Shown here piece after piece: positions 13,739-57,680 of a DNA stretch of 64,000 nt (within the stretch, counting starts at the first letter, position 1; every line of letters starts with the position of its first letter). The notes under the pieces are model-generated. The model was not told where the DNA came from and searched no databases. It saw nothing but the letters and a program-made list of their open reading frames with translations. A program made the translations under genes and the position numbers. The DNA is from Octopus vulgaris (Eukaryota), in assembly GCA_951406725.2 (NCBI GenBank), contig OX597820.1, forward strand, positions 3,162,001-3,226,000, read 5' to 3'.

Positions 13739-14062
13739 TACAGTTCTATATTTAAGAGATGAGGAATTATGTACAATTATGTCCTCACCTTGTTTGTTGT
13801 TAACACAACGTTTCATCTGTTATACCCACGCACATGACATAGTGGTTAAGAGTGCGGGCTACTCATCACAAGATTCTGAGTTCGATTCCAAGCTGTAACC
13901 TGAATAATAATAACAACAACAACATTTAAAAATACCTTAGGAATGAGAACCCAGGTTCGAAATTTCCCCAAGACACCTGATGAAGGCTGGAGGGTATATT
14001 AGCCGAAATGTTGTGTTAACAACAAACAAGATGAGGACAGATATCCGTCAAATGTAAATAAT
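13739..14062 (+). mobile_element. Same element, + copy (about 13830-14062) preceded by its inverted 3' end (13739-13827)
   Basis: A-box and B-box-like head at 13838-13890; best-preserved ribozyme core. Confidence 0.85.
13972..14017 (+). ncRNA. Minimal type I hammerhead ribozyme motif
   Basis: Stem I gacac/gtgtt; CTGATGA 13977-13983; stem II ggctg/tagcc; GAAA 14005-14008; family consensus GAAACGTT (palindromic stem III, GUU site) preserved in the inverted copy at 13807-13814. Confidence 0.75.
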
Positions 14063-14171
14063 ATACAGGCTGTGTTGTTAACCAGCAGAAGAAGTTCTGG
14101 GGTTAAAAAGGAAAAAGTAATGTTGTTCTGTACGGAACAGCCATGTTGAAATGGCAACAAACATTACTTTC

Positions 14172-15110
14172 CAGTAGAATTTCTACCCTGAACACTACAG
14201 ATCTTTCCTGCAATCGGACCTGGACACAATCCAGCAATGGATCATGGACTGGCAACTCAGGCTGGCTGTGGACAAATGTACCACCAGGCATTTTGGGAGG
14301 AAAAACCCAGTGTCCACATACTCCGTCCACAACAATAATATCAAGAAGTCTCCTTGTGAACGTGACCCAGGTGTTACTATCAGCAGCGATTTGCGCTGGA
14401 CAAAACACATCTCTAGAATTGTCACGAAGGCCGAGGGTGTCTTGGCATCACTCAAGAAGACCTTCACCAGCTGCTCTCCAGCTATCTATTTAGGGCTGTA
14501 TAATGGCTATGGTGTGGCCACACTTGGAATTTGCATCACCAGTCTGGAAACCCTATCTTGCTCAGGATATTGACCTCCTGGAAACTGTTCAGAAATGTGC
14601 AACCAAGCAAAAAACCCTCCATCAGGCATCTACCATACTCTGAACCCCTTGCTTCCCTGGGCTTAGATACATTGAAGCCTCGACTTCTGCCAAGTGACTT
14701 GGTAAATATCCACAAAATTATTAACCCTCATGCCAACAACCACCTAAAGCACCTTTTTGAGCTCCATGTGTCTAACACATGTGGGCATGGCTACAAAGTC
14801 AGAAAACAGCACAGCACCTCATGACTTCCAGAAACATTTTTTCACGCTCAGAGTCGCTGAAGCATGGAACAAACTACCTGCATCAGTTGTTAGTTGCTGA
14901 GACATTGCATCCTTTAAAACCTCCATGCTTCCTGAAATTCACCAACACCACACCTGACATCCGACCTCCATACACATGCACACATGTATATCATGACTCA
15001 TACACTGTTCACTTTCCTGACTTTTCTACATAATCCTATGTACTGTACATGCACCTTTGATTGAGTTGTAGTGCACTTACCTGAGCACTATACACAATAA
15101 TTACATTAAT
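14172..15110 (+). mobile_element. CR1-clade LINE 3' remnant (RT C-terminus plus 3' UTR)
   Basis: Frameshifted LQSDLDTIQQWIMDWQLRLAVDKC...ERDPGVTISSDLRWTKHI...HLEFASPVWKPY...WNKLP. Confidence 0.85.
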
Positions 15111-18014
15111 ATATATATATATATATATATGGTGGGCTTCCATACAGTTTCTGTCTATGAAATCCACTCACAAGGCATTGGCCAGTGTGGAGCTATAGCA
15201 GAAAAGTTTCCCAAGGTGCCATGCATTGGAACTGAACCTGAAACCATGTGGTTACAAAGTGAGCTTCTGAACCACACAGCCCTGCTTGAACATGTTGAGA
15301 AGTTGCTTTTAGCTGATTTGTTAAGATTGCCTTCTGCTCACCTGATCCATTTGTTTTCTGTTAACCAAGGCAAACAGCCTTCGTTAACAGTAAAGAAATA
15401 GGTATTTCGTCTGTCTTTGCGTTCAGAGTTCAAAAGCTGTGCCAGACTCCAGTTGGATTTGGTATGGTTTTCTATGGCTGGATGTCCTTCCTAATGCCAA
15501 CCACTCCAAGAGTGTAATGGGTATTTTTATGTGCCACCAGCACGGGTGCCAATTTGTGTGACACCGGCATCTGCCACGACTGCGATTTTGCTTGGCTTGA
15601 TGGGTCTTCTGAATCGCTTTAAAAAATCTTCAGTTTTGAAATTTAGATTAAATTGAAAGAATTCATGATAAATATTCTCCAAAGTGCTACAACTGAAATG
15701 CAAAACACTGTTCAGCCATGAACCTCTGCTCATCCTCCCCAACAGCACCCACATTAACTTTGGTCCTTATGCAGTTTCATGTTTAGTATCTGAGCAAATA
15801 ACATCAATGTAGTTTAGCAGTCTTTGTCCTCATTACATTCTAGGAGTGGTTGGTGTTAGGAAGGGCATCCAGTCATAGAAACCATGCCAAATCAGACTGG
15901 GGTCTGGTGCAGCCTTCCAGCTTGCCAGCCCTGGTCAAACCGTCCAACCCATGCCAGCATGGACAACAGATGTTAAATGATGATGATAATGAAAAGCCTT
16001 TTTAATCAGTTTCAGCTGTGTGAATAAGCAAAGTAAATATTTGAGGACAATTCATTGATCCATAAGGCTTTCCTGTACAGCCTGGCACTGCTATGGACTT
16101 CAGTCACAAAGTGGGGTTTTTTTTTGCTTATTGATATGTTATGGGAGATGGAATATATATATATATATTTGTTTTTTTATTCTTTTACTTGTTTCAGTCA
16201 AAGACTGTGGCCAAGCTGGGGCAGTGCATTGAAGAAATTTACTTGAATGAATTTACTTCAGTACTTATTTTTTTAAAGCATGGTACTTATTTTCTCAAAT
16301 CCTTTTTACTGAACTGCTAGGTCATGGGGATGTAAACACACCAACACTGGTTGTCAAGCAGTGGTAAGGAACAAACACAGATACACACATGGTGGGTTTC
16401 TTTCAGTTTCCATCTACGAAATAGACTCACAAGACATTGATGAACACAGGGCTAAAGTAGAAACACTCAGAACATAGCGGCAGACGAACCACGGCCAAGC
16501 ATTTCACCTGACGTGCAAACGATTCTCTCAGCTCGCCGCCTTTCTATGTACAACTATTGAGATCTAATTTGTAGTAGTCCCGGTAAAATGACAAGTAAGT
16601 CTAAAAATAGACTCTGGAGTTGTTGTGTGACACGAAGCATCAATCAATTAAGGAAGTGTGGAGCAAAATCTCACCGTTTTAGCAAACAGGGTGTGAATGA
16701 CACTGAATAGCAGATGGTGCGATTCCGTTTTCCTTTTCTGAAAAAAAAAACACATCTCTTAATGGCGGGGAAAAAATGGTGGTGGAAGAAGTTGATCAGC
16801 TGTTGTTGAGAAAGTTCAACGTGAACAATGGTGGGTTGAAGGACATTGTTATTGCAAACTCGAAAGGATCATCACTGCTTTTGTTGTTGTTGGATTTGAT
16901 AAGTAACAGCTCAAGGGTGCAAATCCCATGAGAAAGTTGAGCTTGTTGCTGTAAAAATCATTAATACTTTCTTTATTCTGCCTCAAGATTCATCATCATC
17001 ATCACCGTTTTAACGTCTACTTTCCCGCGCTGGCATAGGTTGGGGGGGATTTGTCGAGGAGGTTTTTCTACAGCTGGATGCCCTTCCTGTCGCCAACAGG
17101 ACATGACTGGCACTTCGCCAGTAATGTCCCAGTTGATCCAATCAACAGAACAGACTCCTCTTGAAAAATTAACGTGCAAGTGACTGAGTACTCCGCAGAC
17201 ATGCATACCCTTAACGTAGTTTTCAGGGAGAATCAGCGTGACACAGGATATAACAAAGTAATGTGAAATGAATTGTCTTGCTCAAGGAGACAATGCGCCG
17301 CAGAGAATCGATCTCCCGACCCTACGATCGTGGACCGAATGCCTCGATAGTATATGAAATATGATACAACAGTGAGATAATACAGGAGAAAGTTGAATTA
17401 ACGAAAGCAAAATCCTCCAGAATTTGAAATAATAATAAATTAATATTTCCTGAGACAAGACACCATCACTGTGGTTTCGATAGTGTGTAATATTTACTTC
17501 GTTAGAGAATATAAGTATGACCGTAAAGATTCAAGGGCACAACTACAGTTTGATGCCCCACTCACTTTGTCTTTTCATGAATATTTTTAACAATACGCAT
17601 TAATCCCTCACTCCCGCCCCTGCCAAATGCGGAGTTACGTTTTCGAAGGTGTACATAGCGATTACAAATGATATCTTTTTGATTAAAAAAGACATCCCTA
17701 CAGATGTGTTCCTCACCCCGATTTTGTTGCCTCATTAATTCCTGAAAAATGATATTTTTAAATGGAATTTTCTACAAATATGCTTCTGATGGTGTAAATT
17801 CTGATTATATCGAAATATGCGGGGTAAAGAATTTCGAAAAATTCACACGAGACGGGTTTTTCCTTCAGGAAAATGGGCAATTTTTCATGAAATAAATACT
17901 TTTCAGAATGTGTAGATTACGATTATATCAGAATTTAATGTGAAAAAAAAAAATTTGTGGGGTCGTAAAGATACATAACAACACTCGTCACACACACACA
18001 CACATATATACATA

Positions 18015-18412
18015 ACTAACAGTATCGCCCGGCGTTGCTCGGGTTTGCTTCGACCCCTTAGAATTGGAATTTTTGAAAAGTAAAAATTTTGCATTATTTA
18101 GCTTGTTATTCTCTTTAAGTGAACATTTTTCTGATTGAAATACACCGAAAAATGGTAACACAGCAGTAAAAAAATCGTTTTAATATAGGGATTTTCATAG
18201 GAAAAAAAAGCACCTTTTTGATGTAAATAATTTTTGGTGTTAACATGGTCCGATTTGAATTTTATCTTCTACGGAATGAAGAACAAGCCTTCTTCTGTCA
18301 TACTCTCAATTTTGGTCAACTTGCACTGCAGGGTCTCAGAGGAGATAGTGTTAGTTGAAGGCTACCAAACTTGCCACACACACAGACAACTTCAGCTTTA
18401 TATATATAGATT
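18015..18412 (+). mobile_element. Possible Helentron-associated (HINE/DINE-like) non-autonomous element
   Basis: Begins taactaacag...cccggcgttgctcggg (short hairpin) and ends (CA)n...cttatatatatagat. Confidence 0.45.
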
Positions 18413-19929
18413 ATAGATATTGCTAAAGAATGAATAGAGAGAAGAGAAGAAAGGTGTCTCAATTGGACGGTCACCACATGTTGATAGGGATATATGGGTC
18501 AGACCGATATATGTGTGTGTGACCAGCGCTTGACAACCGGGGTTTATGTCTAGCGCAACTGGCGGTTCGACAAAGAATCCGACTAAAAGATTACTGGTGT
18601 CGATCTGTTCGACTAAATCCCTTCAATGCGATGCCCCAGCATGGCCACAGTCCAATGACTGAAACAAGTAAAAGATAATTACCAGATAAAATCCGAGTTT
18701 TTTTTTTTTCTTAGTGAAAATCGTGCGGGTGTTAATCTGTAATTTTACCAGAGATAAATGATACCAATTTCATTTTGGTCATTAATAATGTCACAGATTT
18801 CTTAACGTGCAATGGTCACGACAAAATTATCAAATAGCTAAAAAACAGTATGGACTTCTTTTCTTTCTCGAATAAATAAATACGTTGAAATTTTTCATCC
18901 ATATGATCCTCATTTAGGTGCCCCTCATTTACATGTCATGTTTGCAAAATCTCATTTAAAAAAAACCTGCATTAAAAAAGTTAGGAGGAAACAAAATCAG
19001 AAAGGTAGGGCTGGGGCACCAAACTGTACTTATGTTGATCCAGCTGCTATCCGGACAATGAAGGATAAATTACAAATCTTACCCTTGTTCTCCGTCGCTC
19101 ACAACTTGGAATTATTATCTATCAACGAAATCAAGCGCAACACACCAGCATTCTCATTGAGCACCTTGTATTTGATTTTACCGCTGAAAATAATTCAAGT
19201 TTTCACTGGAAGTAATCAGCGTGTGTATTGAGTGTTTCTTAGCCACGATAATACTTATGACCACCAGGCATGGATAAGCACAAACCCGATCGTTCAGATA
19301 GCTTTTGGCCACCAAATTCAAAAGAAGCTTAGCGTGTATTAACAGTAATGAGCGTGGGGCGTGCCGACCGCACAGAGCGGCCACTTCGGAGGGAAGAATG
19401 GCAATTTTGAACAAGGGTGGTGTTACATTTAAAGAACGGAGCGGCCAAAACTCAGGCTATTCCAAATGGGAAACCTCGAACGTTTCCAGTAAATTTCCAA
19501 ATATCAAATACGGGGAGCGAACTGCGGCATTGTCTTTAAAAATAAAATAAATGAAAGGCAACGCTTATCCAACTAATTTGTCCTCAAACAAACAGAATTG
19601 CTTTAGGTGAAGGCGCGTGGCTTAATGGTAATGGTGTTACACTCAGGATTGTAAGATTGTGGTTTCGATTCCTGGACCGGTCGATCCGTTGTGTTTTTGA
19701 GCAAAACACCTCATTCCACGCCCCAGTCCACACGGCTGACAAAAATGTGTGACCCTGCAACGGACCGGTTTCCCTTCCCGCTGGGAAATATATATGCCAC
19801 AGAATCCGGTCTTATGAGCCCAAGGCTCGGGGATGACCTGTGGTCCTATTTTTTTTATTGTTGTAAATATTTCGTTCGTCTTGAAACCGTTGAAATAAAA
19901 AACTTCCATCAACAACAACAAAAACAGAG

Positions 19930-20203
19930 AGAAAACGGAACGGCGGCAGTGGTTGCCATGGCAATGGCAGAGCTACTCCCCGCATGCCGAAGCTAGCATT
20001 TTTCGTTCAGCCGCAGATTCGAGACGAAAACATCATTTTCCGGAAGTGATAACTCTCTCTTTGCAACAAGGCGACAACTGACAAATGTCCAACAGAATAA
20101 ATAAAGATATGATTCGATGAGTATGCCGCCCGTTCTCAGTTTTTAAACCCCAGTCAAGAAACATTCTAGTCCGCAGCATTTAGTTTGAATCGGAAAGAGC
20201 ATC
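19930..20203 (+). promoter_or_regulatory. Putative ZnT7 promoter/5' UTR with RFX X-box-like and ETS motifs
   Basis: CpG-retaining, repeat-free stretch directly upstream of the ATG; GTTGCCATGGCAAT at 19952-19965; CCGGAAGTG at 20040-20048. Confidence 0.55.
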
Positions 20204-52246
<32,043 letters not shown>

Positions 52247-54342
52247 TGGCATTTCTTCCTTTATGATGTTTGAAGAGATCTGAATGTTCAAGAACAGAGG
52301 AATCACAATGGATTTAGTTGGTTATGATTGTCTTTATTTTTATGCTGTGTGAATGAGGCTGGGTCTGTGAGAATCTATCAAAACTTTTGCTTTGATCTGG
52401 AATTTACCGTCTTGGTTCCTGACTTTAAAGTTTCTTTTACGAAGGAATTCAATGCATGTTTCTCAATCAGGAACTGTACTTTTGTACAGATTTATTTCAA
52501 AATCTTGAGAAGAAGTCTACATCTAAAAGAACTCTAGCAGAGAAATAAGAATAATAAAAAAAACACAAAAATATCTTTCTTGATCTCTATTTTTTAATTA
52601 TATTTTTTTATTATAAGGTATTTAGTCTGGAATCATTTGACCAACAAAATATGTTTTGTTGGACTAACGATAATAGATTAAATATTTTATTCACTCTCAG
52701 ACTTTTCGTTGAGTTCTTTATTCTACGTGGTCAGACCAGGCTTCTTTTGAACTTGTCACCCTTGGAATATTTTTTGTTATACATATATATATATATACTT
52801 TAAATTTACTGGGATTATTTCTATCTTATTTAGCAGGATTAAAGCACTAATTTGCTTTTACCTAAAAGGACATGAGATATAATTATATATCTTCAATAAA
52901 AACGGTGTTTCTAAACTAAATTTTCATTACATTCAGCGAATATATTTTTGTTTACTGCTGCTTATATTAATTCTTCAATGTTAAAGGAATTAGGGTAGAA
53001 ATTACAACTTTTGGGCATTCATTTTTCGTTCAAGTTCTTCCTAGCACTAATCAGACATTAGTGAAATGGTTCTGATTACAACACAAGCTCTCTTAGGGAG
53101 AATATTCTACTCATTGTAAGAACAGTGAAATAAGGATGAATATAGGTGGAGATACCAGTTGGTATCATCTTGTTGTCTTTTGCTGGGACACTTAATGAAT
53201 GGACAAGTCCATCTAGTTCTCAGAATGTACGGTCAATAATAATTCATTGCTGTTTACAGTGGTACCACTTTGCGATTAGTGAGTAGCTTGTTGTTGGAAG
53301 TGCTGAGTTCAACTTCTTTGAAAGGAAGTCTGTTTGTGATGGTTCAGCAATCTATCCAAGGGAATATGTATCTCACTTCTCAATATTTTGGAAACCAGGG
53401 ATAAACATCAATCCTAAGGATTTTTACAATCTAGGGAAAATATTAACGAAGCAACAAATTAACACTTTTTAGTCATTTAAAAAGAATTATTATTTAGTTG
53501 CAGATATTTATGTTTGTTCTAAATTGCCATATTTTATTTGCTTTGAACAAATTTCGAGTAAAAATTCGGATTGCAACTTTTGTGGAAAAGTCAGTAAAGA
53601 TATTGCGACCAGTTTCAAAACAAGAATCATTTTAAAATTTATAATAATAATAATAATAATAATAATAATGTTGGTGGAGAGTGATAGTTTTATCAAGCAT
53701 ACATTCATGCATCATTGTATTCATTTCCGTTTTGTTTTATAAATATTATTCTATGCTAAAGAGTGAGTCAAAATATTTCATTATACATCTCTATCACTTA
53801 TTTCACTGAGAATATACCATTCCAATGATGTATAATTTAAATTTTGACACATTCGAGCAGTGATGCACAGCTCGGTCCCTCCCCATAGACCACCATTTGG
53901 GATATTCCTCTGAGGACCCTCAAATTTTTAAGGGTCCACATTGAGTTTTATGTCCTACCATGTTGTAATATGCAAGGAAAAGTAAATTCACATGTGGTGG
54001 TTTGTGCATTTTTCTTCATGAATCTAGTGGAGCACCTTCTGTAAAAGACTGTGCATTACTGCTATATGATAGAATACATAGAATATATATATATATATAT
54101 ATATATATAACACTATTGCAGATTAAAACAGAATTGTTTATCAGAGAACACAAGAACAATCTCAGACGAAGCCAATTGCCAAATCAGAACAACTCTTAAC
54201 ATATTCATAAACAGAAAGAAACTGTCCAGAATAATCAAATGATAGACTTCCCATGAATTTTATTTTTTAATAAACTAAATCCATCATAAGGGTCAATGCC
54301 CTGTAAGGCCCTGTAAGTGCTTATGGACAATTATATAATAAA
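52247..54342 (+). other. Probable ZnT7 3' UTR with candidate poly(A) signals
   Basis: Largely TE-free AT-rich region after the stop; AATAAA at 52553, 52895, 54269 and 54337, the last followed by U-rich sequence; the true end is unknown. Confidence 0.4.
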
Positions 54343-55214
54343 ATGTTTTCAATATATTCAAAATTCTAGTTTAAATTGTTATTTTTGTTTACATCAAACA
54401 AAAGCATTTTTTTTTTCTTTTGTTTTTGACTTGTTAAATTTTCTTTCTGAAATTTGTTTATTAACACATTTCTGAAGCCTTTAAAAAAAAAAAAAAAGGG
54501 TTTCATTTTATTTTCCGTTTACTAACTGAATGTTTTTCTGTTCTGTTACTGGTTTCTGTCTTTGACCTGCAACAATGCCTGGTGGCCACTTGACCCCATT
54601 CCCATCGTTTTGGTCAATCATATTGACCCTACGACTTCATTAATCTCTATTCATCAAATGGTTTAATTTTGATCTAAAAGAAGCAAACCTGTTACCCCAG
54701 AATCCACCCTGGCCCCTCCATATGTTTCTGGCCATTCTGAGTAACTTCCTTGTGTTCGTTTTTATTTAACTAATGTCACAATTACCTTTGCCATAATTGT
54801 GTTTTTCTCTTGGCTGCTGGACAAAGGTTAGGATGATTGCTGTGTTGATGACAGCTACTGAGGCTGAAACATGTGTTTCCAGACAACAAACCTGTCTTTT
54901 TTCTTGATGGTATTTTGACTTTGGAAGAACGTTCGATTCTGAAGATTATCTCCCTTCCTCAAGTGTAGCTGGTCTTAGTTGCCATCTGATGATTATGTCA
55001 CATTCTGTAAAGGTGGAGATAGTGTTATTAAAGATTTTATGCTGTATGAAATTTGATATACCTGTGTGTCTGCACCTGAACCTCCCCAAACTGGACACCA
55101 ATATCTGAGCATTGTCCAATCCTAGTTTAGTGTGGTGTAGTGTGGAATAAGAGCCATGGGCTTTTATGCAGTTTCCAACTACCAAATCCATTCACAAAGC
55201 ATTGGTCAGTCTGG

Positions 55215-55759
55215 GAGGCAAAATTTTTTTCCCACGAGAGTTCTGGACCCTAGTTATGAATCATTTGCATACAGCCAATCAGAGCTCAACTATCAAACTA
55301 ATTTACGAGTGGCACATAACAAGTGATGGGCAATAAGATAAGGAATGACCATGCTTCTTTTCTCTTTTAAGAATGCTTCTTGTTCTTGTTCCAACCATGG
55401 CTGTCTCTGCGTAGTTATTTGTGTTGTTGTTTACTTTGTAAAACAATGAGGGAAGAGGGTTGCTAGCACATCACCCTCTACCCACATTTTTCCCATCCAC
55501 ATCTCTACCATATGGGGCCCTAACAAAATCCGATAACAGGTATAGATGCAAACCCATCTAATTACTTGTCTCCTTCTAAAATCAGGCAGAACTTGGGGGC
55601 GATCGGTCGACTTATAAGACCGCTCTTTGTCTTGAGTTTACCTGGTAGAGTGTGTTTGTTAACTTGACAACAAGGTCAAGGTGAGCTCTGATTGGCTGTA
55701 TGCAAATGAGTTCATTCCTGGGGCCCGGAACTCTCATGGGAAGAAAAAAATTCACATCC
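55215..55759. mobile_element. MITE with about 70-bp TIRs, inserted into a SINE
   Basis: ttttttcccacgagagtt...atttgcatacagccaatcagagctca and tgagctctgattggctgtatgcaaat...aactctcatggg; SINE halves on either side. Confidence 0.7.
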
Positions 55760-56106
55760 GAGACTATTGTAGAAGACACTTGCCCAAGGTGTCATGTAGC
55801 GGGGCTGAACCCCAAACCGTGTGGCTAAAAAGCGTACTTCTTGGCCACACAGCCATGCATGTGCATGATTACACAATTAGATAAATAAAATGAGGTAACG
55901 GAAATAACGCATAAATTGTCTTTTATTTGACTGCGGCCATGCTGGGGCACCACCTTGAAGGGTTTTAGTCAAAGCAATCAACCCCAGAACTGCTGTCATT
56001 TCAAGACCTGATACGTATTCTACTGGGTTCGGTTATGGGGCTACGTAAGCACACCTGCACCAGTTGTCAAGCAGTAGAGAGGGGCAAACAGAGACCAAAG
56101 ACACAC

Positions 56107-57030
56107 ATCATCATCATCATCATCATTTAATGCCTGTTTTCAATGTCGGCACGGAATGAATGCTTTGACTGAAAACAGTTAAGCCAGTTCCAGTCTGATC
56201 TGGCATGGTTTCTGCAGCTGGATGCCCTTCCTAACGCCAACCACTCCGTGAGTGTAGCGGGTGCTTTTTACGTGCCACTGGCACAGGTGCCTGTTACGAA
56301 ACACTGGCATCAGCCACAACTACAACCTCATTTGGCTTCACAAGTCTTCTCAAGCAGGGTGTATAGCCAAAGGTCTCAGTCACTTGTCACTGCCTCTGTG
56401 AGGCCCAAAGTTCAAAGGGTGCTTTTTACATGTGACTTGCATGGGTACCAGTTACACAACACTGGCGTCGGCACACTGCTATATCAGGAGGGATAGGGAG
56501 CTGTCCACTGTTCGAAGGGAGGTACACTGATATGATATACTCGAGAAGGCCTGTTGAGTCAAGTGAAACCAATATCGTAGCTGGGGCTTGTGCCCCCTGG
56601 CTGGCTCCCGTGCTGATGGCACCATCCGAACGTGGCTGATGCCCGGTTCACCTGTGGCATGTACAAAGCACCAACTGATCGTGGCTGACATCAGTACCCC
56701 CTGACTGGCTCCTGTGCTGGTAGCATGTAAAAATTACTGACTGAGCGTGTTCATTGCCAGGCCTGCCTTGCTAGCTCCGGTGCCGGTGGAATGTAAAAAG
56801 CACCAACTGATCGTGGCCAATGCCAGTGCCCCCTGACTGGCTCCTGTGCCAGTGGCACATAAAAGCACCCACTACACTCTCGGAGTGGTTGGCATTAGGA
56901 TGGGCATCCAGCTGTAGAAACACTGCCAGACCAGAATGGAGCCTGGTGCAGCTGCTGGCTCTCAAGACCTCAGTCAAACCGTCCAACCCATGCCAGCATG
57001 GAAAACGGACGTTAATTGATGATGATGATG
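56107..57030. mobile_element. Divergent pair of RTE 3' fragments (- about 56107-56470; + about 56530-57030)
   Basis: (CAT)n at the left end, (TGA)n at the right end, shared 3'-UTR motifs. Confidence 0.75.
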
Positions 57031-57352
57031 GACTTCTTTCAATTTGTCTACCAAATCGACTGACAATGTTTTGGTTGGACCAAGGCTCTTGCAGAAGACT
57101 CTCAATTTATTTTGAGAGTAATACATTGAATAATAAAGCACAAAAACTAATCATCTTTCACTTGTTTTACTCATTGGTCAGTGGCCCAGCTGGAGCACCA
57201 CTATGAAGGAATTGTTTTGATCATGTCAACCTCAGGGTCTATTTTCAAGCCTGGTTCTTCTTATTTTGGAAATCTCTATTTGTCTCACTGCTAGGTTATG
57301 GAGGATTACCATGCAGCAATTTTGTGCTCACATCAACATAAAGACAGTGATA

Positions 57353-57680
57353 TAGGAGCTCTCCGTCGGTTACGACAATGAGGGTCCCAGCTGATGCGAT
57401 CAACAGAACAGCTTGCTCGTGAAATTCACGTGCAAGTGGCTGAGCAATCCACAGACACGTGTACCCTTAACGTAGTTCTCAGGGAGATTCAGCATGACAC
57501 AAAGTATGACAAAGCCGGCCCTTTGAAATACAGGTACAACTCACTTTTGCCAGCTGAGTGGACTGGAGCAACGTGAAAATAAAGTGTCTTGCTCAAGGAC
57601 ACAATGCGTCACCGGGAATTAAACTCACGACCTTACAATCGTGAGCCGAATGCCCTAACCACTAAGCCACGCGCCTTCAC
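57353..57680 (-). mobile_element. tRNA-derived SINE family 3 with a 14-bp target-site duplication (relatives at about 17125-17345, 19607-19830, 22545-22810)
   Basis: Head gtgaaggcgcgtggcttagtggttaggg on the minus strand; tgtgtccttgagcaagacac core; TSD taaagacagtgata at 57339-57352 and 57681-57694. Confidence 0.88.

Noticed and set aside
15290-15760. Minus-strand peptides SWLNSVLHFSCSTL and AEGNLNKS resembling bunyaviral L-protein motif B
   Set aside because: No motif A or SDD motif C at the expected spacing, and the two look-alikes point to different virus families; probably chance without an HMM hit.
20109-20146. Upstream ORFs (MIR*, MSMPPVLSF*)
   Set aside because: The transcription start is unknown, so they may not be in the mRNA.
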